NCBI RefSeq assembly: GCF_006345805.1 | Contig: NC_043003.1 | Coordinates: 992,001-1,056,000 of the forward strand | Direction of reading: 5' to 3' | DNA length: 64,000 nucleotides | From: Octopus sinensis | Lineage: Eukaryota | Shown here: one piece after another, positions 1-11,745 of the stretch | Layout: each line of letters starts with the position of its first letter | Position numbering within the stretch: position 1 is the first letter of the stretch | Position numbers and translations under genes: made by a program | The notes under the pieces: model-generated | The model's database searches: none | Told to the model about the DNA's origin: nothing | The model's input: only the letters and a program-made list of their open reading frames with translations

Positions 1-1300
1 ATGAGGGCACTTCTACTAAGATTGTCATCAACAATTATGCCCAGGTCTCTGATATTATTAGATGCCGTGAGCGGTTCCCCAGAAGGAAGAGAGTATGGCT
101 GTTTCAGTATAGACTTTCTTCCAAAATGCATCGGCTCAAATTTTCCCTCGTTCAGCTGCATTTTGTTTTTGTCTGCCCTTTGACTCACAGCATAGAGATC
201 AGAACTGGAATTGAGTTCGGTCTTCTTCTTCATTGGTGATTTTCTGGAGCTTAGTGTCATCAGCAAATATTTTCACTTTGCAGTGATTTACGACACTGGA
301 AAGGTCATTTATGTAAATTATAAAGAGGAGCGGGCCCAAGACAGTCCCCTGGGGGACACCTGCTGGGCTTGAGTGGACTCCATCAACTACAACATGTTGT
401 GTTCTATTCGCCAGGAAATACTTAATCCAGTGTAGAACTTTTCCACGGATTCCAACATTTGCCAATTTTAAGAGTAAGATATCATGGTCAACCCTGTTGA
501 ATGCTTTACTGAAGTCAAGATATGACATCAGAGTTCGAACCTGTTCCCAAGACTTTAAGTATATCTTCAATGTGGTGTAAGAGCTGTGTTAGACAGTCCC
601 TGCCACAGCGAAAGCCATGCTGATTTGCATTTAGGAGTTTGTGGGTCTCCAGGAAGTCAGCTATCCTTGATCTCATCACTCTTTCAAACACTTTAATGAT
701 GTGGGAGGTGAGTGAGATTGGGCGATAGTTGACTGCAAGGGATCTGTTTCCCTGTTTGAAAACTGGGATGACAGACTGGGATAGAAGCTGTTTCGGTATA
801 TAACCTGCGTCTAACGAATTTCTCCAGAGGTTGGTCAGAGGGACTGCAAGTTGGTGTCTACTTTCCTTCAGGAGACTAGCGGGGAATCTATCAGGGCCTA
901 CAGCAGAGTAGTATTTGACCTCATTTATTGCTGCTATGATGTCAGAGGCAGTGAAGGTTATGTCCGAGATTTTATGTTGGGAGACAACTTCGTTCGTTTC
1001 TCTTACGTCAATATCAGTGGGAACACTACAGACAGAGCAGTATTGTTTCTGCAGTATTTCTGCCATTTCGTTAGCATCGTGTTGGGGAATGCCGTTATTA
1101 TCAATCAATGGCCCAGTGGGTGAGACAGTGGTTCTATGCTTATTTGCATAAGAATAGAACACTTTTGGTTTCTGTTTGATATTTTTGATTACCCACTGTT
1201 CCTCCACAGCTCTTTGATTTTCAATGGAGGTTTTCATGTTGGTCTGCAGATGAAGTTTTTCCAGCTCTAGCCTTTTCATTATTGTTGAATGTGGATGTTG
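1..1300 (-). mobile_element. CR1-like non-LTR retrotransposon, degenerate ORF2 (RT region), runs off the window start
   Basis: ORFs 515-1279 and 199-570: NYRPISLTSHIIKVFER, NQHGFR, YLDFSKAFNRVDH, GVPQGTVLGPLLFIIYIND, FADDTKL; frameshifts between them. Same family as 57321-59300. Confidence 0.85.
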
Positions 1301-1389
1301 TATGTGGGAGTATTTTAATTGGTTGGTTTTTTCATTGAGTCTTTTGATGCGCCTGATGAGTGTTTTTTTCTTTTGTCGTTTTTTATTTT

Positions 1390-1392
<3 letters not shown>

Positions 1393-1458
<66 letters not shown>
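1393..1458. repeat. (AAT)n microsatellite
   Basis: Pure AAT run directly 5' of an R4/Dong fragment. Confidence 0.95.
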
Positions 1459-1850
1459 GACAAGCTCAGAAAATATAAAGACCTGCTCATTGAAATTGAG
1501 AAAATGTGGCATCTCAAGGCGGTTACAATACCAGTGATCGTAGGAGCACTAGGAATGATCAAGAAGGGAACCGAAAATTATATGAGAATGATCCCTGGCT
1601 TACCATCCCTGCAAGAAGTGCAAAAGATTGTCTTAACTGGTACATCACACGTATTGAGAAGAGCATTGTTGATGTGAGAACTGTTGCTGCTCATGTATTT
1701 TAAATTAACTTAAAAAAAAATTTTTTTTAAATGAACGAACTATTGAGTTTGGTTTAATGGTCTACCAATGTATACTATGAGTTTCTTTGCCCTAGGAGTC
1801 GGGAAGACGCTCGGCAAGAAATGGAAGCAAATTTGAAAGAAGAAAAAAAA
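1459..1850 (+). mobile_element. R4/Dong-clade non-LTR retrotransposon, 5'-truncated 3' end (restriction-like endonuclease C-terminus)
   Basis: KYKDLLIEIEKMWHLKAVTIPVIVGALG...LQEVQKIVLTGTSHVLRRAL; flanked by TAA repeats on both sides. Confidence 0.75.
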
Positions 1851-1880
1851 AATAATAATAACATTAATAATAATAATTAT

Positions 1881-3749
1881 AAGATCATGGAGAACCACAC
1901 TGACTTTGAACAGTGACAATGAATCTCAAAATGCAGGAGATGTAAAAATTTCATGTGGCTGGGTGACTCACTATCACCACTGCTCTTTTGTTTAGCCTTG
2001 ATACCTTTCTCAAAATTTTTCAATGATGCACACACAGTATGGCTATAAAATGTTTGATAAAAATATAAATCATCTCATTTACATGGATGATTTAAAGCTC
2101 TTTGCAAAAAATAACCAACAACTCAAGGGCTTACTAGCGATTGTTAAACAATTCAGTGATGACATCAGAATGCAATTTGGGGTCGATAAATGTGCAAAAG
2201 CTACCTTTATCAAAGGAAAGCTGACAGAAACATCTAACGTTAACCTTGACCAGCAGAATGTCAGAGAGTTACAAATACCTAGGGGTACTTGAAGGGGACG
2301 GAATCAAGCATTCAGTGATGGGGGAAATGATCAAGAGAGAATGATTTCGCAGGGTGAGAGCAATACTCAAGACAGAGCTCAATGCAAGAAACAGGATCGA
2401 AGCGATCAATGCTTTAGCCATACCAGTCGTGACTTACAGTTTCAATATCGTTAACTGGTCAATTACTGAAATATGTAATCTTGACAGAAAAATACAAAAA
2501 CTGTTGACAATGCATAGAATGCACCACCCAAAGGCAGATATAGATCGACTTTATCAGCCAAGAAAAGAGGGAGGCCGTGGACTTTTACAAACTGGAATTA
2601 ACAATGAAGATTGCCACAATTGGCCTAGACACCTACCTGAAAAACTCTGAGGGCTGGATGTTAAAACTTGTCACAAAACACGAATACAAGAAAGCATCAT
2701 ACTCAGTAACAAAACAGGCAAAGGAATGTCTAAGTGAATTCCAAATACAACAAATTCTGGAATTAGATATACGAGAAACAAGCGCAGAAAAAGCTAAGCG
2801 CATGAAAACCCGTGCTAAAACTTCTGTCTTAGATATTTTGACTGATAAATGGCAAGAAAAACCTCTCAATGGCAAATACCCAAAGAGAGCGAATAATCCG
2901 ATGTTGACAAAACCCTTACCCATCAATGGCTAATGGCCTCTGGCTTAAAATCTGAAACAGAAGGGTTTATCATAGCAGCTCAAGATCAATGCCTATCTAC
3001 AAGGAACTACCAGGCCAACATACTAAAGAACGGCAGTAGCCCAACATGTCGTGTATGTCAGCAACAAAATGAAACCATTGATCATGTTGTCTCCAAGTGC
3101 AGTCTTCTTGCGCCTACAGAGTATCCCAACAGGCATGATAGAGCTGCACAATATATTCACTGGCTAATTTGAAAAAAACCTGGGCTTGCCCCATGATAGA
3201 AACTGGTGGGGACACAAACCACTTCCAGTGCTTGAAAATGATCACATCTCACTCCTCCGGAACTTCCCCATTCAAACTGACAGAAAGATAGATGCAAATA
3301 GGCCAGACATCATATTGAAAGAATTCAGACGAAAATCATGCCTCCTCATTGATATGACTGTCCCAATCGATATAAACGTATCTGTCAAGACCTACCAAAA
3401 ACTGAGCAAATATAAAGATCTTGAAATAGAAATTAGCAAAATGTGGAACCTGAAGACTGAAGCAATACCTGTTGTCATAGGTGCAAAAGGGGCTGATTGC
3501 TACCTGTCTCAGATACCAGGAAACCTCAAAATGGCAGAAATTCAAAAGATAGTGCTCATGGGAACTGCCCATATCTAACGCAAAATACTTTCTATGTAAT
3601 CTCATGTATTGAACAACACTATGTACAAAACCAATTATATGGCACCCTAGGTATAACACCAACATGAATTTCCAACTTGTGGTCTCTTGAGGTCTCTGGG
3701 TGAGACTTGGAGACAACTTGTACAAATGTAAAGCAAAAGTCAAACATAA
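1881..3749 (+). mobile_element. R4/Dong-clade non-LTR retrotransposon, degenerate (RT, CCHC knuckle, RLE)
   Basis: YMDDLKLFAK (RT); CRVC..QNETIDHVVSKC (zinc knuckle); RHD; RPDIIL..LLIDMTVP..K..KYKDL (PD-(D/E)xK endonuclease); multiple frameshifts; ends at (AAT)n. Confidence 0.85.

Positions 3750-3814
<65 letters not shown>
3750..3814. repeat. (AAT)n microsatellite
   Basis: Pure run at the 3' end of the Dong element. Confidence 0.95.
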
Positions 3815-3816
<2 letters not shown>

Positions 3817-4539
3817 TAAATAACATATATGTATATGCATATATACATACATATATCTACATACCTACATATATATGTATATATACATGCATATATGCGT
3901 ACAGGACGTCAAAAAAACGTGAACAAAATTAAAAACGAGAACATAAAAAAACAAAAACATGGAAAACGAACTTTTTTTTCGAACAACGAAATAATCAAAT
4001 AGAGAAATGAGACAGACAACGTTAAGGACAATCCCTTCGTCAGTTGTCCCCTGTTTTATCTACTCCGCGTTTTGAATGTTGGGACAAGACGCGACTTCGT
4101 TAAAACTGTCGTTCGCGCAAATCAAATAAAATTTGGGATTTGTGGAGGGTGAAAGTGGTAACAAAAACAGAACAAAACAGTAAAAACAAACGGTAAGGGT
4201 TGTTAAGCCATAACAAGGTGAAGTGGTGAACGCTGGAGAAACAAGCTTTGACAGGAGACAGGCAAAAGCATGTCTTGTCTCTTGTGAGGCAAGGGGAAGA
4301 AAGGAAGATAGCCGCTGGTCACGTGTGAGCAACGAGAGAGTCAAGGAGGAAGAGTGAGAGAGAGAAAGGAGAGAAAGAGAACAGTGAAGGGGAGGAGAAG
4401 AAAAACAGAAAGAAAGAATAATAGAGGAAGAATAGAGATAGTTGAAGAGTGCGCATCAGAATTATTAAGATTGGCGGGTTTGCGGTGATTATCGATCACT
4501 GAATGAAAGTACTCTCAGTGATGCATATCCAGACCCTAT

Positions 4540-5375
4540 TTGCAGGATTTTTCTAGCTCGCTGCATGGAGCTCACATCTTTTCCAAGATCGACTTTGTGC
4601 GAGCATACAACCAGATCCCAGTGGAACCTGCGGACATTCCGAAGACAACAGTTACTACACCTTTCGGAATGTTTGAATTCCTACGTGTGCCTTTCGGTTT
4701 ACGCAACGTGGCACATACATTCCAAAGGTTTATCGACATGGTTACTAAAGATCTGCCTTTCGTCTATGCCTACATAGACGACATACTCGTGGCCAAATTG
4801 CTCGGACGAGGAACATAACCAACACCTTCACCTGCTATTCGAACGCCTCCGCAAATACGGTGTCGTAATCAACCCCAGCAAGTGTTCGTTCGGAGTTGCT
4901 TCCCTTCATTTTCTCGGACATGTCGTTGATAAGGATGGCATTTGCCCCCCTTCCTGAGAAAGTCAAGGCCATCCTGGATTTTCCACCACCCACAAATCTC
5001 CGCAAATTAAGGGTATCTCTCGACCTAGTGAATTTGCTACGTCAGCGAACTTGCAAAAATACGGAAATTGCCCTGAACGAAGATCAACTCGCCTCTTTCG
5101 CAGCCCTGAAAAAAGTGTTATCTGACGCTACCATGTTGGTTTATCCAAAATCAGACGCCCCATGGTTTTTACTCGTTGATGCATCCGACTCCAGAGTTGG
5201 AAATGTACTACAGCAGCTTGTTGACGGCATATGGCGACCGTTGTCCTTCTTTTCCAAGCGGTTAAAACCCACGGAAACGAAATACAGCACATTCAGTCGG
5301 GAATTATTAGCGGCATACCTGGCCGTTAAGCATTTCCGTCACATGCTAGAAGGTACCATTTTGCCATATACACCA
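4540..5375 (+). mobile_element. Ty3/Gypsy LTR retrotransposon pol fragment (RT and RNase H), degenerate
   Basis: FSKIDFVRAYNQIP, TPFGMFEF, PFGLRN, YAYIDDILV; RNase H: LVDASD..VG.VLQQ, FFSKRL..E.KYSTFSRELLA.YLAVKHFRHMLEG. No LTRs seen. Confidence 0.85.
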
Positions 5376-5379
5376 ACCA

Positions 5380-6060
5380 CAAGTGCACATTACCAGGATG
5401 GCGACAAAGTGCAGACGACTGGCTGGATGGATCCTAAGAACATTCAGAACCAGAGATAAGGAAACCATGATGGTTCTCTGGCGGACATTCGTCCTCAGCC
5501 GCCTGGATTACTGCTCACAGCTATGGTCTCCCACCAGTGTAAAATTAACAGCGGACTTTGAAGCAATCTAGAGAAGATTCACAAAGAAGATCGTCTCTTT
5601 GCAACAGCTCAGCTACTGGGAAAGGTTGAAACAACTAAGACTCTACTCCCTGGAGAGAAGACGGGAGAGGTATGCAGTAATATATATCTGGAAGATCCTG
5701 GAAGGAATTGTGCCAAATTTTGGTATTGAAAGCTACACCAATACCAGAACGGGACGACACTGCATAGTGCCAAAGATCCCAGCAATGCCATCATGCCCCA
5801 GGACCAGTTACTGCAACAACCTGGGTTTCAAGGGCTCACAGCTTTTTGATATTCTCCCAAAGAGTTTGAGGAACTTGCACAAAGAAGATATAGGGTTTTT
5901 AAAATCAAAGCTGGACCTCTTCCTGTCGAGAGTCCCAGATGAACCTACCTCACGGCAAGAGGTGGAAATTAGGGTAGCTATATCAAACTCCATTCTTCAC
6001 CATGTGCCACATATTAGAGGAGGTTCTTCGCAATAACCGTGTAGCAAAACGGCGGTGCAT
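5380..6060 (+). mobile_element. CR1-like LINE 3' fragment
   Basis: GWILRTFRTRD..LWRTFVLSRLDYCSQLWSP; LSYWERLKQLRLYSLERRRERY; LDLFLSRVPDEP. Confidence 0.8.
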
Positions 6061-6106
6061 CAGCATGGGCGCAGCTCTGAGCTGAAACTACAAGAGAAAA
6101 AATATA

Positions 6107-6148
<42 letters not shown>

Positions 6149-6181
6149 TTTGTGAATTTTCTTGTTTCTGCTGCTTAAAAT

Positions 6182-6242
<61 letters not shown>

Positions 6243-7019
6243 CTTCAACTTAACATCAAGGAACTGAGACATCCCAAATCAAAGAAAACTTACAACCAAA
6301 AGCCTTACCATACATCTCCACACACAACCCTCTCAATAACGAAGCCTTCGGCACCATCCTCCACAACATCCCCTCCTAAAAAAAAGACCACAGAATGAAC
6401 ACAATCCTCCAAACACACACGATCATAAAAAGCAAAAGACAGCCTAGATCCATGAAAAGTCTCCTAACACAAGCCCGAATTCACTCTTCAACACAGAAGC
6501 CGACAGTAAAAAATGTGGAAGACCCAATTGCGGGATATGCGACTATCTAATTGAGGGATCAGAGTTCTCCTTCAAACAGGGACAACGGTTTACAGTGAAA
6601 AGCAACTTCACATGTGCTTCGGGAACCTAATATACTCACTAACCTGCTCCGGGTGTCAAGAGCAGTACATAGGCCAAACAAAAAAATGGTTTGCGTAAAC
6701 GAATGGCCCTGCACAGATCCCAGATAAAAATTCCCCAAAACAGAAAAATAGCTTTTAGCCAACACATAGATACTTGCACCAACAAAAAAACACAACCAAC
6801 TTCAGGATTTCCTCCTCTACCAATTTAGGGACGATACAACCTCGAGACAACGAATAAGTAAAGAAAATCTCTTTATTACAAAATACAAGCCACTTCTTAA
6901 CGGGTCTACGACAAACAATTAATATACCTCAACTTTAGAATAAAAGAAATATATACACACACAAATATTACACTCCATAGAATCCATTACTAATCAGCCC
7001 CATCACAGCTATACTTTCA

Positions 7020-7250
7020 CCCATTCATATTCTCCCTTCTCTGTTTTTTTTTCTTCTTCTTCTTCTTCCTCTTCTTCTTCATCATCATCATTATCATCAT
7101 CATCGTCGTCATCATCATCACCACCATCATCACCATCATCTTCTCCTTCTCCTTCTTCTTCTTCTTCTTCTTCTTCTTCTTCTTCATCATCATCATCATC
7201 AACATCGTCATCTTCTTCTTCTTCTTCTACTTCTCCACCTTCCACCCCTT
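7020..7250. repeat. Compound (TTC)n/(ATC)n trinucleotide microsatellite
   Basis: Direct reading; source of the poly-E/D/K pseudo-ORFs. Confidence 0.9.
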
Positions 7251-7571
7251 AACCTTGTCACTAATGTCTTTCAGTATAACGCCTACGCAAATTCCATAAA
7301 CAATTCCTGAATTGAACTGCGACTACTGTCAGCCACTGACCATTCAAAATACGACCATCAAGGCATTCCCAGATTTCCCCACACCCTTTCCACATCAGCC
7401 TCCTTATTCTTCACCTACCCTACCAAGAACTCAAAACGACCTCGAACACACAAGTGCAAACAAGGGAGTCAGAGAAAGGCAGAATGCTACTTATATCTGA
7501 ACACTACTATAGAAATATTCTTTTAAAAAACTTTTCTTCTAATTTTTCTAAATTTAATTATTTAATCGTTA

Positions 7572-7609
7572 CAGTTGAAAAGGTCTCAAAATGACCGAAA
7601 CCGGTACTG
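7572..7609 (+). ncRNA. Minimal type-I hammerhead ribozyme motif, U3-A8 core variant
   Basis: CAG-UUGAAAA-GGUC(UCAAAAU)GACC-GAAA-C(CG)GUA/CUG; stems I, II and III all pair; stem III region is the palindrome ACCGGU. Confidence 0.7.
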
Positions 7610-7817
7610 AAAGATTCACTATAAAATTATCTTAGCATTTTCTATTTTTGACTTGTTTTTTCATATATATATATATATATATATACAAATATATACACAC
7701 ACACATACATATATATACACACACACATATATATATACAAATATATATATATACATATATATATACATACACACACACACACACACACACACCACACACA
7801 CACACACATATATATAT

Positions 7818-8066
7818 AATTGTTATCGCCATATTACTATGGCATTCTTATAGATATAAGATTAATCGCTGCCGCTGGTCAGCTCCATGAGGCCACCGCC
7901 TTAAGATAGCTATTGATACACGATCTGTATCCATTAGAACCTTCTGGCCATGTCTGTGAGAGATTTCCCTCCAGTGATCTTAAGGCGGTGGCCTCATGGA
8001 GCTGACCAGCAGCAGCGATTATTCTTATATCTATAAGAATGCCATTGTAATATGGCGATAACAATT
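7818..8066. mobile_element. Fold-back/MITE-like element, about 90-bp inverted arms (7818-7907 / 7977-8066)
   Basis: aattgttatcgccatattac...ccttaagat mirrors atcttaagg...gtaatatggcgataacaatt with few mismatches. Confidence 0.75.
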
Positions 8067-8125
8067 AATTTCCAGTAAACGCTGCCGTAATCTCTTTTAT
8101 AGAGACTTAGTAATTTTAATATTTC

Positions 8126-8166
<41 letters not shown>

Positions 8167-8319
8167 CCTATCAGATCGTCATTGGAGTAACTGTGGCAAG
8201 GGAACAATATAATTACCCGCAATTCTCTCTCTCTCTTTCTCTCTCTCTCCCTCCCCCCTCTCTCTCTCCCCACTTCATTCACCAATAATATAAAAACAGG
8301 AAAAACTCTGTCAACTGAC

Positions 8320-8360
8320 ATTTCTGATGAAACTACAGAAGTACTTGAAAGCGCTTAAAT
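8320..8360 (+). ncRNA. Minimal type-I hammerhead ribozyme motif
   Basis: AUUU-CUGAUGA-AACUAC(AGAA)GUACUU-GAAA(GCGC)UU/AAAU; full consensus core, palindromic GCGC tetraloop, one C-C mismatch in stem II. Confidence 0.65.
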
Positions 8361-8458
8361 ATCTAATTAAATGTGATTTGAAGAAATAATATGTGATATG
8401 TAAATAAATATGAATTTGTTTATATGCAACTATCTAGCATTCTGAACGCCTTTTTCTG

Positions 8459-8489
<31 letters not shown>

Positions 8490-8500
<11 letters not shown>

Positions 8501-8860
8501 ATATCTGGCAATGTTTCTACAGCTGGATGCCCTTCCTAACACCAACCACTCTGAGAGTGTAGTGGGTGCTTTTTACGTGCCACCAGCACAGGAGCCAGTC
8601 AAGTGGGCCTGGCATCGATCATGTTTGGTTGGTGCTTTTTACGTGCCACCGGCACAGGAGCCAGTCAAGTGGGCCTGGCATCGATCATGTTCAGATAGTG
8701 CTTTTTACATGTCACCAGCACGAGCCAGAGAGGGGGCACTGGCATCGGCAATTTTTGATTGGTGCTTTTTATGTGCCACCAGCATGGGAGCCAGTCAGGC
8801 ATCGACCGCGTTCGGTTGCTAGGTCTACCTGGTATGGGGAGCCAGATGTGACTGTTTAAC
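8490..8860 (-). mobile_element. RTE-clade LINE 3'UTR fragment (abundant family)
   Basis: Shares ggatgcccttcctaac.ccaaccact..gagtgtagtgggtgctttttacgtgccacc with the RTE copies at 25455, 30137 and 31315. Confidence 0.7.
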
Positions 8861-10666
8861 CCTCAGCGTACCAACTATTTTCATAGTTGCAGTTCCTAAT
8901 CACCTTGATGGGTTGGTTTGCCATTAGATTTAGACTCTGGTTTTAAATATAGGCTGGTGTTGTTGTTGTTGTTATGTAGGTCCATCTCTGCTCTTATTGA
9001 GCTGTTATTTTTAATACAACACAGTAAAATTTGAAGGGGATTTGGCTGCCACTTCTAGCAAATCAAGTAATTGTGTAAAGGCTCCTTTACTGGGTATGTT
9101 TGGCAGGGTGTGTCGTCTGCTGGTGTCAGCCATCAAGTGAATAATCTGTTTGACTCTGAGTGACACCATGATGAGAGGGACAACATCTTAGACGTTTGTT
9201 TAAAATTGAATATTAAATATTTCTGTTTAATTTTTGCTGCTGATGGTCTGTGATTAGAATAGTGTTTTCATAGGTGCAGCTATGACTGTGGGGTTTGGAA
9301 AGTTGCTTCCCAACCACACGGTTCAGGGTTCAGTCCCACTGCGCGGCACCTTGGGCAAATGTCTTCTACTGTAGCCTTGGGCCAATCGAAGCCTTGTAAG
9401 TTGATTTGGTAGATAAAAACTGAAAGAAGGCTGTTGTGTGTGTGTTTGTATATCTATATTTGTGTATTTGTGTGTACCTTTGTCTTCACATTGCATAATG
9501 GTTGTAAACACAAATGACTGACTTAGAAGAAATGTTGTTTATTTCCAATCCTCCATGAAAGCATGTTTAGTCATGAAAGAATATGTGAAGGTTGGTGACA
9601 GGGAGGGCAGCCAGCTGTAGAAAATCTGCCTCAAAGAATTCTGTCTGAGCCATGCCAGCAAGGAAAAACAGATGTTAAATGATGATGATGATGATGATAG
9701 GGTATTAAGAAAGAATCAAGAAGACTCGTCCGAGTATGTCCGACTGACAATGTCTACTTCACTGTTTGATGTTGCAGTCAGTTATGAAAGTATTTAGCTC
9801 AGCAATACACATCCCTAGTGGCATAAAAACCTGATCATACTTGAGAAACAGTGGTTTATTTGTCAACAAGGAAACCTCTACGTGGCTTCCTTGAAAAAGC
9901 AACCAATTCTTGGAAGAACATTGGATAATGTAGTTCTTGATACACTATGCTAGGATCATCATAACTGGAATGGCTTTGATCAAAAGTTTGTTTCTTCAGT
10001 TAGGACACACCTGGGGCTAAACAACACCAGCCAGATGATCCACTGAAGTCAAAATTCCTTTTTTCTTGTTCTTTTTCTGTCTTGCAAGTAACATGGCAAC
10101 CTCACTAATGTTGGCGGCATGAAAAAAAGCATTAGGAAGGACACCAAGCCATAGGAACCCTACCAAAGATGACATTGGAGCCTGACGCAGCCCTGCAACT
10201 TGTTGGTTCTCTGTCAAACCATCGTGACCTATGCCAGCATAGAAGGCAGGCATTAAATGATGATGAGGATGAAGGACAATGTTAGAATGTGAAAATGATA
10301 AACTCTTGATCTTTTAATATACTGAAAACTACTTTTATGTTAAGTTTGGTTAATCATGTGGTTCTTGGCTGAGAATAGCTTCAATTACAGCAGCATCATC
10401 ATCATCATCATCATCATCTAATATCCCTTTTTCCATGCTGGTCTGATTTCTCTTAAATGTTGTTCAGTCTTCCACTTGGTCTATTACTTCTGTCTTAATG
10501 AGAATTATTATTATCATTTACTTCCAAAATAATGATTCTTAAAACAGCCAGGTTCAACTTTTTTTTCCAGTAACAAGTCCTCACCTCTAAAATAGAAAAT
10601 CTACTTCCTTTTATTTTTATAATTATTTTTAATGATTTTTAAAAAGAATTTATTTTCTTTATTCAG

Positions 10667-10786
10667 ATGCTAAAAGATCCTTCTCGAGAAAAATTACTGC
10701 CTGACCCTTTGCAATATCCCTATGCTCAGCCACCTTATCCTTTAGTTTTAGAAATGACTGGTGTCCTGGTACACCCTGACTGGACG
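10667..10786 (+). pseudogene. TIMM50: Isolated TIMM50 (Tim50)-like coding exon, phase 0-0, donor mutated
   Basis: ttttctttattcAG acceptor; 120 nt = [40 protein letters not shown], matching the Tim50 LLPDPL..PY.QPPYTLVLE.TGVL.HP.W motif (from memory); followed by CTAAGT rather than GTAAGT; no other TIMM50 exons recognised. Confidence 0.75.
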
Positions 10787-11030
10787 CTAAGTATTGTTTT
10801 TATTGCTGCATGTTGTTCATTGTTGTAACAAAGAAACTGGAGTTAAAATAGATCAATCTACTTTACTATTTTAAAGTTTGCATTTCATTGAGGGCTTACT
10901 GTGCGTTTCAGCCCTTCACAGTTGATAAAATAGATACCAGTTATAGACTTGATGATAAAATAATCACGAACACCCCTTCCCCTTCTCATATTCAAATTTA
11001 TTAGAGTATAAGATAAGTTGAGAGTTTGTA

Positions 11031-11745
11031 TTCTGTTGCTAACACCTCATTGTGCCTGTTGCTAATATTGTACATTTCTGTTGCAAATGTTGCACACTGC
11101 CTGTTGCAGATACTGCACAGTGCCTGTTGCTAACACCCAGCAGTGCTTGTTATTAATGCTGAATAGTGCCTGCTGTCAATGCCAAGCAGTGCCTGTTGCT
11201 AATGCAGGGCAGTGTCTGTTGCTAATGACAAGCAGCTCTTGCTGCTAACGTGGGGCACTGCCTGCAGCTAATGCCAGGAAGTGCCTGTCGCTAGCGCCAA
11301 CAGGTACCTGCTGCTAGTGCAGGGCATCACCTGTTGCCAATGCTGGGGCAGACCTGTTGTTAGCACTGGGCAGGCCTGTTGCGAACGCCAGGAAGACTTG
11401 TTGCCAAAACCAGGCAGCACCTGTTGCTAATGCCAACAAACACTACCTGTTGCTGACACTGCACAGTGCCTGTACCTGACACTGTGACATTGTGCTGTAT
11501 TGCACTGCTGTCTCTTACCAATACTGCTTTCTCTGTTGCTCACACTACACTACTGCCTGTTGCTAGCACTGCATTGTTGCATGTTGCTAACTCTGCTCCT
11601 CCCCCACCTCCCCTGTTGCTACCATTTTTCTGCTGCTAACATTATCATTGTCAGATGATAGCATTGTATTGTTACTAACACAACGTAATTGTCTGTTGCT
11701 AGCACTATTGCTGTCTGTTGCTAACACTGTATTGTACCTGTTACT
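11031..11745. repeat. Degenerate tandem repeat, unit about 23 bp, conserved core CCTGTTGCTAA
   Basis: Units such as tgcctgttgcagatactgcacag, tgcctgttgctaacacccagcag, tgcctgttgctaatgcagggcag; roughly 30 units. Confidence 0.85.

Larger units (their letters stand above)
6240..7640 (+). mobile_element. Penelope-like element 3' part (GIY-YIG endonuclease remnant plus 3' pLTR-like region)
   Basis: About 6510-6900 translates, with a frameshift, as CGRPNCGICDYL..FTVKSNFTC..NLIYSLTCSGCQEQYIGQT..LRKRMALHRSQI (IY-YIG motif with CxxC pairs); hammerhead motif at the 3' end. Confidence 0.75.

Noticed and set aside
4015-4048. Hammerhead-like CUGACGA-AGGGA..UCCUU on - strand (related copy at 28726-28750 on +)
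   Set aside because: GAAA is missing in both copies; at best relics, so not called.
7009-7245. Acidic poly-E/D protein
   Set aside because: Reverse translation of a TTC/ATC microsatellite inside the Penelope-like element tail.
9700-9800. Possible small exon (reads VLRKNQEDSSEYVRLTMSTSLFDV)
   Set aside because: No convincing acceptor/donor pair and no recognised homology.
11031-11745. CRISPR array or repetitive coding exon
   Set aside because: Linkers are about 10 nt and related to each other; the 23-bp period breaks frame; no long ORF.
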